From: Acidimicrobiia bacterium
GTDB taxonomy: Bacteria > Actinomycetota > Acidimicrobiia > Actinomarinales > Actinomarinaceae
Length of the DNA stretch: 60,876 nt
Direction of reading: 5' to 3'
NCBI GenBank assembly: GCA_028376655.1
Contig: JAONAZ010000005.1
Location: 1 to 60,876, forward strand
The first letter of the stretch is position 1; each line of letters starts with the position of its first letter. Of this stretch, positions 1-8,599 are shown piece after piece. The notes under the pieces are model-generated. The model was not told the origin of the DNA. It saw nothing but the letters and a program-made list of their open reading frames with translations, and did no database searches. A program made the position numbers and the translations under genes.

Positions 1-531
1 AATGTTCAAGCTAAACTCGAACATGCAATTTATAGACAATACCAAGATGTGTTTAATGCTTTACTGAACTACGAAGTTTTAATTATTCCAGGAAACGTAG
101 ATTCAGAAAAAATAATCAAAGAGACTATGACAAGTAATGTAAATTATATCGATGGCAAAGTTATCAGCTACAAGCACTTTAAAATAGGTTTTGCTGGAGG
201 AGGAGTACCCACACCAATTAATGCTCGTGGGGAGATATCAGAAGAAGCATTTTCTTTAAAGTTGAAACAATTAGGTGAAGTCGACATCATATGCACTCAT
301 GCACCCCCATACGTAAAGGAATTAATCACAGATGTGATAACTAATAAAAAAGAACAAGGGTGGGAAAGTTTAAAAGATTATATATTAGAGAATAAGCCTA
401 AATATTCTTTATTTGGAGATGTCCATCAGCCACAAGCATCTAACTGGAGATTAGGAAATACTGAATGTATTAACGTAGGCTATTTTCGTGCAAATAGTAA
501 TTATTTAGAATTATCATCCTTGGTATCATGA
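1..531 (+). CDS. Metallophosphoesterase (calcineurin-like/Icc family), 5'-truncated by the window edge
   Basis: Frame is open from base 1; motifs IPGNVD, THAPP, FGDVHQP, CINVG. Confidence 0.75.
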   Translation, partial: NVQAKLEHAIYRQYQDVFNALLNYEVLIIPGNVDSEKIIKETMTSNVNYIDGKVISYKHFKIGFAGGGVPTPINARGEISEEAFSLKLKQLGEVDIICTHAPPYVKELITDVITNKKEQGWESLKDYILENKPKYSLFGDVHQPQASNWRLGNTECINVGYFRANSNYLELSSLVS

Positions 532-1436
532 ACATCTTATCATTTGATGTCGGCGGAACATCTATCAAATATGGGATTGTGAACGAATACTCTGAAATTT
601 CAATGAAGGGCAGTATCAAGACACCAGATAATGAAAATAGTTTTTTAGAAGTAATTAATTCAATCATCAATAAATGTGATTCAAAACTTAATAAAATATC
701 AATTGCTATGCCTGGTTTTGTAGATAAAAAAAATGCAATATATTTGTATGGAACAAATATAAAGTATAAAATTGACTTCAACAAAATTAAAGATTTCAAT
801 TATTCAGATTTCATAATTGATAATGATGGTAACGTTGCTGCCTATGCAGAATATCAACTTAACTACAAAGATAAAGTTAAGAATCTAATAATGCTTACTT
901 TTGGTACTGGCATTGGTGGAGGAATAATTAATGATGGAAATCTTGTGAGGGGGAATAGTAACGCAGGCGAGTTAGGTCATATATTAATTTCAGAAAAGAC
1001 TGAAATTGTATGTAATTGCGGTAAGAAGGGATGTCTAGAATCTATTGTCTCAGCAAGATCATGGACAGAACGATGTAAGGATTTATCACATGAAGAACCA
1101 GATTCAGAATTAGCAATATCGTTTAGTGAAAAAAAAGTAGGTTCGATTTTATTTAACCAAAATATTAATTTAACCAAAAAGCAAATTGCTGTGAAAGATG
1201 AGATTATTACTTATATATCCAGAGGGTTGGTATCCATTTATGAAATTTTTAATAATGAATTGTTCATACTTGGTGGAAGCATGTCTAAAGAACCTTACGA
1301 TTTAGTAAAGCTAATTAAACATAATATTGACAAAAACTTTGAATTCATAGGTAGAGAATTCCCGGATATAAAAATTAGCAACTTTCAGTCTGATTCAGGG
1401 CTTATCGGTGCTGCCCTGTTAGCCCAGCATGAATAA
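528..1436 (+). CDS. ROK family sugar kinase (glucokinase-like)
   Basis: DVGGT, DNDGN, GTGIGGG, AGELGH, CNCGKKGCLE motifs; no N-terminal HTH. Confidence 0.9.
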   Translation: MNILSFDVGGTSIKYGIVNEYSEISMKGSIKTPDNENSFLEVINSIINKCDSKLNKISIAMPGFVDKKNAIYLYGTNIKYKIDFNKIKDFNYSDFIIDNDGNVAAYAEYQLNYKDKVKNLIMLTFGTGIGGGIINDGNLVRGNSNAGELGHILISEKTEIVCNCGKKGCLESIVSARSWTERCKDLSHEEPDSELAISFSEKKVGSILFNQNINLTKKQIAVKDEIITYISRGLVSIYEIFNNELFILGGSMSKEPYDLVKLIKHNIDKNFEFIGREFPDIKISNFQSDSGLIGAALLAQHE

Positions 1437-2112
1437 AGAACTTTCTATATTATTACCCGGCAGTTTTTTTGAAGAGGGCTATCAGAGCAAGCTTGAATTA
1501 CTTTCAGAAAAAAATTTTGACTGTGTATATCTTTTTGATCACACAGTAAACCCTTCAGATGGTCGTAAGGCTATGTACGAAATTAAAAAAGCGATTTCAT
1601 TAATTCAAAACAATAGTCATTATTCATTTGATTTAGGCCTATGTGTTTTAAATGTAAATAGAAGAAAGCTTGACTTGCTTTTTACAAAATATATTAATCC
1701 TATGTTGGAAATTGAAAAATTTAGACTTGGCCTCGGTACTGGCGACAATAGGTATGAAAAAAAGATTAAAGAATTTTCGCACGACCTCGATTCAATGATT
1801 TCTGATCTAGTAGATCAGTATAAATTTTCACATAAAGGCAGAAATTTATTCATTGGAGGAACCTCGCAAAAAAAGATTGACTTAGTTAAAAAATATTCAA
1901 TCGGGGTTAATCAATGGTTTGGTGATGAAAAGAAATTGCAATCACTCATTGATAATATCAGTAATAAAAAATCCTTTTTAGGTAGGTTTAGTCATTGTCA
2001 AAAAACTGATATTTCTTATTCAGATTTGTCTTCAAATATTGAAAAGATTTTTGTATTAAAAGATTCAGATATTGAAGAATTTTATTCCCAAGTAGATAAA
2101 ATTCTCTTATGA
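1429..2112 (+). CDS. Divergent, shortened luciferase-like monooxygenase (LLM) family protein
   Basis: FDCVYLFDH, LGLCVL, RLGLGTG and LFIGG resemble LLM barrel motifs; only 227 aa. Confidence 0.55.
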   Translation: MNKELSILLPGSFFEEGYQSKLELLSEKNFDCVYLFDHTVNPSDGRKAMYEIKKAISLIQNNSHYSFDLGLCVLNVNRRKLDLLFTKYINPMLEIEKFRLGLGTGDNRYEKKIKEFSHDLDSMISDLVDQYKFSHKGRNLFIGGTSQKKIDLVKKYSIGVNQWFGDEKKLQSLIDNISNKKSFLGRFSHCQKTDISYSDLSSNIEKIFVLKDSDIEEFYSQVDKILL

Positions 2113-3284
2113 GTAATTTTTCTAATAATTTAGTTAATAATTTTCCCGAGTATTTATTTAATAAAATTAATACTCAAAAACTTGAAGCAAGAAAAGATGG
2201 AAGAGATGTAATTGATCTTGGTTATGGAAATCCTGATATTCCCACAAATCCATTGGTCGTGGATAAGTTAATTGAATCAGCTAGAAACAAAAAAAATCAT
2301 AAATATTCAGTTTCTAAAGGAATAGTTGGTTTACGAAGTGCCATGAAAGAGAGGTATAAAAGAATTTATGATATTGACCTAGATGAAGATAAAAATATTG
2401 TAAACACTATAGGTAGCAAGGAGGGCCTAACTCATCTATTGATGTCCGTGTTAGATAGTGGAGATAAAATAGTGGTCCCTGACCCAAGCTATCCAATACA
2501 CCACTTTGCTCCGTTAATAGCTGGCGGCATTCCTATTAAAATTAAATGTTTAGATACAAACCAGTTTTTAGATGACTTGATAGAAATTTTGAAAACTACA
2601 AAAATAAAAGTTGTATTAATCTCTTTTCCTCATAACCCAACTACATTAACCGTTACACAAGATTTCTATGACAGGTTAGTCTTGCTTGCTAAAGCACACA
2701 ATTTTCTAATTATAAATGACTTTGCTTATTCTGATGTTTTCTTTAAGGACCAAAGACCTCCATCACTTTTATATTCAGATAGAGAGTTAACACATTCGGT
2801 TGAATTGTACTCACTTACGAAAGGATACTCTATGGCAGGGTGGAGAGTTGGATTCGCACTTGGAAATAAGGAGGCTATACAGGCCCTAACTAAACTAAAG
2901 TCATATATAGATTATGGAACTTTTCAACCAATTCAAATAGCATCTACAGTTGCTATCAACGATCTAGATTCTTACCCGCAAGAAGTATCCGAAATCTACA
3001 AAGAGAGAAGACTTTTAGTAGTTGAAAATCTTAAAAATTTTGGATTCAATATTTTTGATTCAGATGCAACAATGTTTGTTTGGGCTAAGATTCCAGAATT
3101 TTATAAAAAAAAATCAATGGATTTTTCATTAGAAATATTAAAAAATTCAAATGTAGCAATATCTCCCGGGGTTGGTTTCGGAAATCATGGTGAGGGATTT
3201 ATAAGAATTGCACTAGTAGAAAATAAACAAAGAATTAGACAAGCTATGAAAAACATGCAAAGTTATTTTGATGATAGTATGTAA
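2109..3284 (+). CDS. PLP-dependent class I/II aminotransferase (AlaC / LL-DAP aminotransferase-like)
   Basis: DLGYGNPD, GSKEG, FPHNPT, DFAY, SLTKGYSMAGWRVG. Confidence 0.9.
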   Translation: MSNFSNNLVNNFPEYLFNKINTQKLEARKDGRDVIDLGYGNPDIPTNPLVVDKLIESARNKKNHKYSVSKGIVGLRSAMKERYKRIYDIDLDEDKNIVNTIGSKEGLTHLLMSVLDSGDKIVVPDPSYPIHHFAPLIAGGIPIKIKCLDTNQFLDDLIEILKTTKIKVVLISFPHNPTTLTVTQDFYDRLVLLAKAHNFLIINDFAYSDVFFKDQRPPSLLYSDRELTHSVELYSLTKGYSMAGWRVGFALGNKEAIQALTKLKSYIDYGTFQPIQIASTVAINDLDSYPQEVSEIYKERRLLVVENLKNFGFNIFDSDATMFVWAKIPEFYKKKSMDFSLEILKNSNVAISPGVGFGNHGEGFIRIALVENKQRIRQAMKNMQSYFDDSM

Positions 3285-3286
3285 CG

Positions 3287-4312
3287 ATGATTGATTTACG
3301 TTCAGATACTGTGACAAAACCGTCAAAAGAAATGCTGCAAAAAGTTTTAGAGGCAGAAGTTGGAGATGATGAGTATAAAGAAGACCCAACAGTAAACAGT
3401 CTTGAAGAATATTGCTCAGAATTAATGGGTTTCGAAGATGGATTATTTGTATCTTCAGGATTAATGGGAAATCAAATTTCATTATTAATTCATACCAATC
3501 CTGGTGAAGAAGTTATAACTACAAAAGATTCACATATTAAAAACTATGAACATGGCGCAGCAGCTTTTTTATCACGAACACAATTTAGAGATATCAAAAG
3601 TACTGATGGAGTATATGACAACGAAAGTCTGATGGAGACAATACAAGAATCCAAAATTAATAAACCGTTAATAAAAGTTCTAGCTACTGAAAATACCCAC
3701 CTTGCCTCTGGTGGTAGCGTAATCCCGTATGAACACATTAAGGCTTTATCTGAAATTTCTAACTCTAATGGTCTGAAGCTCCATGTTGATGGTGCAAGAA
3801 TCTGGCATGCAATTCTTACGGAACCAAATTCAGTTAAATATGGTAATTATTGTGACAGTTTAACATTCTGCTTCTCTAAAGGTTTAGGTGCACCAATTGG
3901 TTCAATGCTTTTAGGGAACAAAAAATTTATTAGTGAAGCTAGAGAGTTTAGAAAAAAGCTTGGTGGGGGAATGAGACAAGTAGGTATTATTGCTTCAGCG
4001 GCAAGATTTGCAATTGATAACAGAAATAATCTAATTAAAGACCATGAGTTAGCTTCTCTTGTAAATAATTCAATCGACAAGGAAAATAGGTCTTTTCATA
4101 CGGTTACTTATAAAGACACAAATATGATATTTTTTAGATTTGATACTCCAAGCAATGCAGAAATTTTCAGAAAAAAACTAGAAGATAAAAATATTATCTC
4201 TGGGTACATTAAAAAAGATGTTATCAGACTGGTATTCCATCAAGACGTAGAGAGCCATCAGGTAAATAATATAATTGAAGCGATCGACTATTCTTCTTCA
4301 CTAGACATTTGA
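3287..4312 (+). CDS. ltaE: Low-specificity L-threonine aldolase
   Basis: IDLRSDTVTKP, GDD, HVDGARIW, CFSKGLGAPIGS, GGGMRQ. Confidence 0.92.
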   Translation: MIDLRSDTVTKPSKEMLQKVLEAEVGDDEYKEDPTVNSLEEYCSELMGFEDGLFVSSGLMGNQISLLIHTNPGEEVITTKDSHIKNYEHGAAAFLSRTQFRDIKSTDGVYDNESLMETIQESKINKPLIKVLATENTHLASGGSVIPYEHIKALSEISNSNGLKLHVDGARIWHAILTEPNSVKYGNYCDSLTFCFSKGLGAPIGSMLLGNKKFISEAREFRKKLGGGMRQVGIIASAARFAIDNRNNLIKDHELASLVNNSIDKENRSFHTVTYKDTNMIFFRFDTPSNAEIFRKKLEDKNIISGYIKKDVIRLVFHQDVESHQVNNIIEAIDYSSSLDI

Positions 4313-4518
4313 TTCCACTCAGTTATAGATTTTTCAGATAAATTAACCAATACAAAAACCCCACCCAGAGCAACAGAATTAGAGATAAGAATATTTAATA
4401 GTACATCTGTTAAACAATTAGAAATACAGAAGGCATTGCCAAGAACATACCCAATATAGCTTGCAAAGAAAGAAGTTAAGAGATAAACAATTATTTTAGA
4501 TTTGTTGCTAAATTTCAT
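4288..4518 (-). CDS. Small hypothetical membrane protein (2 TM)
   Basis: 76-aa ORF with two hydrophobic stretches and a CxxxC loop; fills the gap between genes. Confidence 0.65.
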   Translation of the reverse strand: MKFSNKSKIIVYLLTSFFASYIGYVLGNAFCISNCLTDVLLNILISNSVALGGVFVLVNLSEKSITEWNQMSSEEE

Positions 4519-4541
4519 AAGGATATTAAGTTTAGCTTAAT

Positions 4542-4766
4542 ATGGTTATTGTTAATCCCTGGATAACGTTATCAAGTTTCGTGTACTTTATAGTTGCGGG
4601 TTTTGGTGCTTTTCTTTTCAGTAGATTTATTGTTGAAAAATATTTAGAAATTTTTAAATCTAAGTTTTTTAAATTCCTTGAACCAGTGGTTGGTATTTCT
4701 AGTTTTTCTATTTTTTTTGGAGGAGCTTTAACTTTGTTATATTATCTATTAATAATGTCTCAATAA
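4542..4766 (+). CDS. Small hypothetical membrane protein (2 TM)
   Basis: 74-aa ORF with two hydrophobic segments; divergent from the previous ORF. Confidence 0.65.
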   Translation: MVIVNPWITLSSFVYFIVAGFGAFLFSRFIVEKYLEIFKSKFFKFLEPVVGISSFSIFFGGALTLLYYLLIMSQ

Positions 4767-5308
4767 GAATGGGATACTAAAACTCCATCTTTAATTTCTT
4801 GTATTCCACAATGATTAGGTTTATCTTCATTAAAAACATTAGATTTAGTTTTATAATATGTAAAGGCTCTAATAGTGTCCTGATGAGAAACAAATAATGT
4901 ATTTTTAGAGTTTTCGTGAATTTCATTTACTCTATTAAATACACTTTTTAAATTTTCGTAAGTATTTGATATCTCGAGCGGATTATTTAAGTATGTTTCA
5001 TAGTCATTAGTTTTTGTAAACTCATTAAAAGTTGTACCCATCCAACCTATTACTCCGCTCCATTCATACAAGTTGTATGAAATTTCAATGTTAACATTTA
5101 ATGACTCTCTCACATAACTGGAGGTTTCCCTAGCTCTCAAAACAGGGGAGGAAACAATTTTTTCTATTTCAAAGTTATTTCGTATAAATTCTCCAGCACC
5201 TTTAGCTTGGTTAACTCCCTTTAAACTTAAACGATATCCAGGGACATCACCGTACATGATATTTTTGATATTATTGACCTCGCCATGTCTTAAAAATAAA
5301 TTACTCAT
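4760..5308 (-). CDS. Histidine phosphatase family protein
   Basis: LRHGE, SSPVLRARET, VSHQD motifs. Confidence 0.85.
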   Translation of the reverse strand: MSNLFLRHGEVNNIKNIMYGDVPGYRLSLKGVNQAKGAGEFIRNNFEIEKIVSSPVLRARETSSYVRESLNVNIEISYNLYEWSGVIGWMGTTFNEFTKTNDYETYLNNPLEISNTYENLKSVFNRVNEIHENSKNTLFVSHQDTIRAFTYYKTKSNVFNEDKPNHCGIQEIKDGVLVSHSY

Positions 5309-5346
5309 AATTACAGGGTAGTTTCAATTTATATTAAAATTAAACT

Positions 5347-5697
5347 ATGGCATTAAACAAAAAAGAAGAAGAAATATTAAAAGAGATAGAACTGGAGCTA
5401 TCAAAAGAAGATCCAGATTTAGCTAAAACCGTAAAGGCCTCAACTCTTTCAAATTTTTCAAGAACAAGATCTACATTTTCTTTTGTAACATTTATTGTAG
5501 GACTACTCACCATGCTTGGAAGCTACATAGTCCTCCCACTTGTCGCTACAGCCGGCTTTGCCTTAATGGCAGTATCTGGATATGTTTTTGTGAGGAATAC
5601 TAAAGCACTTCTTAAAGCTGAGAATATAAATGAATGGAATTTTAAACAGGTTTATTCTTTAATAAGAAATAAAGATACCTCTAGACAAACTAAATAG
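5347..5697 (+). CDS. DUF3040 family membrane protein
   Basis: N-terminus MALNKKEEEILKEIELELSKEDPDLA plus 2 TM; usual actinobacterial position upstream of mraZ. Confidence 0.8.
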   Translation: MALNKKEEEILKEIELELSKEDPDLAKTVKASTLSNFSRTRSTFSFVTFIVGLLTMLGSYIVLPLVATAGFALMAVSGYVFVRNTKALLKAENINEWNFKQVYSLIRNKDTSRQTK

Positions 5698-5740
5698 ATT
5701 TAATTAAATTTAACATACATCACTATTTAGGAGTAAGGTT

Positions 5741-6232
5741 TTGAAAAGAGATGCTTTTACATCAAAGCAAGCAAGTTATTTAACTGGATGTACTTCGCAT
5801 CAGTTAAGATACTGGGACAAAGTTAAACTTGTGTCTCCAAGTATTCAGTCTTCGAAAGGTAAACCCGGAGTTCCAAAACTTTACTCTTTTCGAGACATAG
5901 TTTCCTTAAGGGTAGTCAAAACATTATTAGATAATGGGATGAGTATCCAGAGAGTTAGACGAGCTTGGAAGTATTTAACAAAAAATGGAAATCTTGCTTC
6001 AGAACTTTCAGAAGTAAAACTAGTTTCTGATGGTAAGACTATATATTCAGTTGAAGAAGAACAAGTTTTTGATGCACTTAAGTCAGGACAGCTTGCATTT
6101 TTCGAAACAATTGATGATGTAGCAAAAGAAGTTAAAGAAGATGTATCAAAATTTGAACTTGATAAAGAAAGATTTTTGAACTTACTAACTAAAGTAGAAG
6201 AAGATGTCATTAATCAAGAAATGCAAGCTTAA
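5741..6232 (+). CDS. MerR family transcriptional regulator (Rv1830/McdR-like)
   Basis: QLRYWD..LVSPS..LYSFRDIVSLRVVKTLLDNGMSIQRVR; TTG start after AGGAG. Confidence 0.8.
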   Translation: MKRDAFTSKQASYLTGCTSHQLRYWDKVKLVSPSIQSSKGKPGVPKLYSFRDIVSLRVVKTLLDNGMSIQRVRRAWKYLTKNGNLASELSEVKLVSDGKTIYSVEEEQVFDALKSGQLAFFETIDDVAKEVKEDVSKFELDKERFLNLLTKVEEDVINQEMQA

Positions 6233-6252
6233 CTTAATTAAAGCTATCCAGC

Positions 6253-6765
6253 GTGGGTAATATAAATACTCACAAGACCTTAATATTAAATTCTACCTTC
6301 CAGCCGCTTTCTCTAGCAACACCACAACGCGCTCTAGCACTTTTATTTAGTAGAAAAATAAATGTACTAAAAGAATCAAATATAAATTTACGATCTGTTG
6401 AACAATCTTTCTTTATACCTAAAGTTGCGGCCCTAACTTATTATGTAAAAGCTCCATACGCAAGGAGAGTGGCTCTAAACAGAGAAAATATTTTTATAAG
6501 AGATTCTTATATTTGCCAATATTGTGGCGTCGATGCAGAGTCAATAGACCACATAGTACCTAAATCTAAGGGCGGCTTACACGATTGGAGTAATGTGGTT
6601 GCATGTTGTAAGAAATGTAATCTTTTAAAAGCTGACAAGCAATTAAGTAAAACTATTTTAAATCTTCAAAAAAATCCTACTGTTCCAGAGGGAAACTTCT
6701 GGATCAAAACAATAATTGGAAACAATCCAGACCCTGACTGGAAAGAGTATTTAATACTCACATAA
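6253..6765 (+). CDS. HNH endonuclease family protein
   Basis: LILNSTFQPL, RDSYICQYCG, IDHIVPKSKGG, WSNVVACCKKCN. Confidence 0.88.
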   Translation: MGNINTHKTLILNSTFQPLSLATPQRALALLFSRKINVLKESNINLRSVEQSFFIPKVAALTYYVKAPYARRVALNRENIFIRDSYICQYCGVDAESIDHIVPKSKGGLHDWSNVVACCKKCNLLKADKQLSKTILNLQKNPTVPEGNFWIKTIIGNNPDPDWKEYLILT

Positions 6766-6780
6766 ATTTTTTTCTGTTTT

Positions 6781-6824
6781 GTGTTGCGTGATGTCACAAA
6801 GTGTCATATAATGTCATAGAGTGG
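6781..6824 (+). promoter_or_regulatory. dcw promoter (TTGCGT-N17-TATAAT) overlapped by 10-bp-periodic direct repeats; putative MraZ operator
   Basis: -35 at 6784-6789, -10 at 6807-6812; units GTGTTG/ATGTCA/GTGTCA/ATGTCA/GTGG start at 6781, 6791, 6801, 6811, 6821. Confidence 0.7.
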
Positions 6825-6848
6825 TTCAAGGCACGAAAGGCGGAAAAA

Positions 6849-7274
6849 GTGTTCCTTGGTGAATATAAACATACAATGGATTCGAAGGGTAGAGTAGTTA
6901 TTCCTTCTAAGTTCAGGAAAGAGCTTCAACAGGGCTGTGTAGTTACTAAGGGACTTGATAACTGTTTACAAATTCTTACAAAAAAAAACTGGAATCAAGA
7001 ATCAGAAAAGATGGCCTCTTTGCCTTCCACAGATAAAACATCCAGACAATTAAGAAGAGCTCTATTTTCTGGTGCAGTAGATTCTTCATTAGATTCTGCT
7101 GGAAGAATTCAGATACCTGAAAACCTAAGAGCATACAGTGCTATCAGTGAAAATGATGATGTAACAGTTACAGGATCCGGCCCAGTGATAGAAATTTGGG
7201 CAACTAAAACTTGGAAGAAGATTCAAAGCGATTCTGATAATGCATTTGCAAACATTAACGAAGTGAAAGGATAA
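6849..7274 (+). CDS. mraZ: Division/cell wall cluster transcriptional repressor MraZ
   Basis: GTG start gives MFLGEYKHTMDSKGR; second repeat DSAGRIQIP; first gene of the dcw cluster. Confidence 0.95.
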   Translation: MFLGEYKHTMDSKGRVVIPSKFRKELQQGCVVTKGLDNCLQILTKKNWNQESEKMASLPSTDKTSRQLRRALFSGAVDSSLDSAGRIQIPENLRAYSAISENDDVTVTGSGPVIEIWATKTWKKIQSDSDNAFANINEVKG

Positions 7275-7275
7275 G

Positions 7276-7366
7276 TTCATAGCCAGCTCTCTAGACAACT
7301 AAATTGGAATACCCTTACTCCGCCCAACTTTCCAATTGGTGCCAGTTCTAGAGAGCTGGGTATGAA
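7276..7366 (+). ncRNA. Long cis-acting hairpin between mraZ and rsmH; probable divergent mraW RNA motif
   Basis: TTCATA/TATGAA, CCAGCTCTCTAGA/TCTAGAGAGCTGG (13 bp perfect) and AATTGGAA/TTCCAATT stems closing a C-rich loop; GC-rich for this genome. Confidence 0.7.
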
Positions 7367-8279
7367 TACAAACAGGGCAGGGTATTTACCACACAGTGGT
7401 GTAATGGTTGAAGAACTTACTTCAATTGTTGAAGCACTTCCAAAAGGAGTATTCATCGATGCTACATATGGTTATGGCTCACATTTTAAAGTATTAAAAC
7501 AATTTGATAATTTAGAGTTGATTGGTTTTGATAGAGACAATGAAGCAATCGCAGCAAAAAGTGAAAATGACCATGTTATTAAATTAAACTTTTCAGAAAT
7601 ACCAAATTTTCTAACTCAAAATAATTTAAATCGTATTAGTGGGATTTTTTATGATTTTGGCTTGTCTTCACATCAGATTGATTCTTCAGAAAGAGGTTTT
7701 TCATTTCAGCAGAATGCTGATTTAGACATGAGAATGGATAAAGAACATAACTTAACTGCAAAGAAAGTAATAAATGAATATTCCAAAGATGAATTATTAA
7801 ATATTTTTAATAACTTTAGCGAAGAAAAATACGCTTATCAAATTACAAAAAAAATTATTGAACTTCGACCAATCGATACAACTTTAGATTTAGTTAATTT
7901 AATCAAAGATGCACTTCCAAGACAAAATCCAATTTTTACAACAAAAACAATAAGAAAAATATTTCAAGGTTTGAGGATTGAAGTTAATAATGAGTTATCA
8001 GAGATCGAAACTTCACTAAGGGAAATAAAAAATCATTTAGATACAGACGGGGCGATTGTGTGTATTTCATATCATTCTCTAGAAGATAAAATTGTCAAAG
8101 CATTTATGACTGATCTAACAGTTAGTTGTATTTGTGACCCTAAAGCTCCCATATGTATTTGTGCCACTGAACAAGAATTTAGGTACCACAAAAAAAAGAA
8201 ATACACACCAAGCCCTGAAGAAAAATCACTTAATCCAAGATCAAAGTCAGCAATTATGAGATGTGTAATTAAATTATGA
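7362..8279 (+). CDS. rsmH: 16S rRNA m4C1402 methyltransferase RsmH
   Basis: DATYGYGSH, DFGLSSHQID..RGFSF, LDMRM, FQGLRIEVNNEL, SYHSLED, NPRSKSA. Confidence 0.96.
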   Translation: MNTNRAGYLPHSGVMVEELTSIVEALPKGVFIDATYGYGSHFKVLKQFDNLELIGFDRDNEAIAAKSENDHVIKLNFSEIPNFLTQNNLNRISGIFYDFGLSSHQIDSSERGFSFQQNADLDMRMDKEHNLTAKKVINEYSKDELLNIFNNFSEEKYAYQITKKIIELRPIDTTLDLVNLIKDALPRQNPIFTTKTIRKIFQGLRIEVNNELSEIETSLREIKNHLDTDGAIVCISYHSLEDKIVKAFMTDLTVSCICDPKAPICICATEQEFRYHKKKKYTPSPEEKSLNPRSKSAIMRCVIKL

Positions 8280-8599
8280 ATAGAAAATTAATTTTTAGAA
8301 CGATGTTTTTCTCTATATTTTTCTCTGTAATTTTTAACTTATATCTTAATTTAGAGATAAATTCAATCTCATCGGAAATTAATAAAATGAATATCGAAAT
8401 CATAGAATTAGAGAGAGAAAAACAAGCAACCCATGTATTGTTCATCGAAAAATACTCAATTCAAAATATTGACTTACTATCAAAAAATAATTCTTATACA
8501 AGACTTGATATCCAGCAAACAAATAAGAATCTAGTTGCACCGTATAAGTCAAAAGTAGAAATTAATGAAACTACAACAGTTTTAGGATTTAGTAAATGA
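8276..8599 (+). CDS. ftsL: FtsL-like cell division protein
   Basis: One N-terminal TM followed by a coiled coil; lies between rsmH and ftsI (synteny-based call). Confidence 0.6.
   Translation: MNRKLIFRTMFFSIFFSVIFNLYLNLEINSISSEINKMNIEIIELEREKQATHVLFIEKYSIQNIDLLSKNNSYTRLDIQQTNKNLVAPYKSKVEINETTTVLGFSK

Noticed and set aside
6253-6765. HNH protein as a homing endonuclease, IscB/Cas-like effector or defence nuclease
   Set aside because: Standalone 170-aa HNH with no RuvC, intron, repeat array, ncRNA space or transposon ends; resembles a housekeeping actinobacterial family
6781-6830. Periodic repeats as a mini-CRISPR or iteron array
   Set aside because: Units are only 6 nt with 4-nt spacers and sit on the mraZ promoter; an operator explains them better
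7283-7359. Inverted repeat as an intrinsic terminator or MITE
   Set aside because: No U-tract, no target-site duplication, no second copy seen; lies inside an operon at the mraW-motif position
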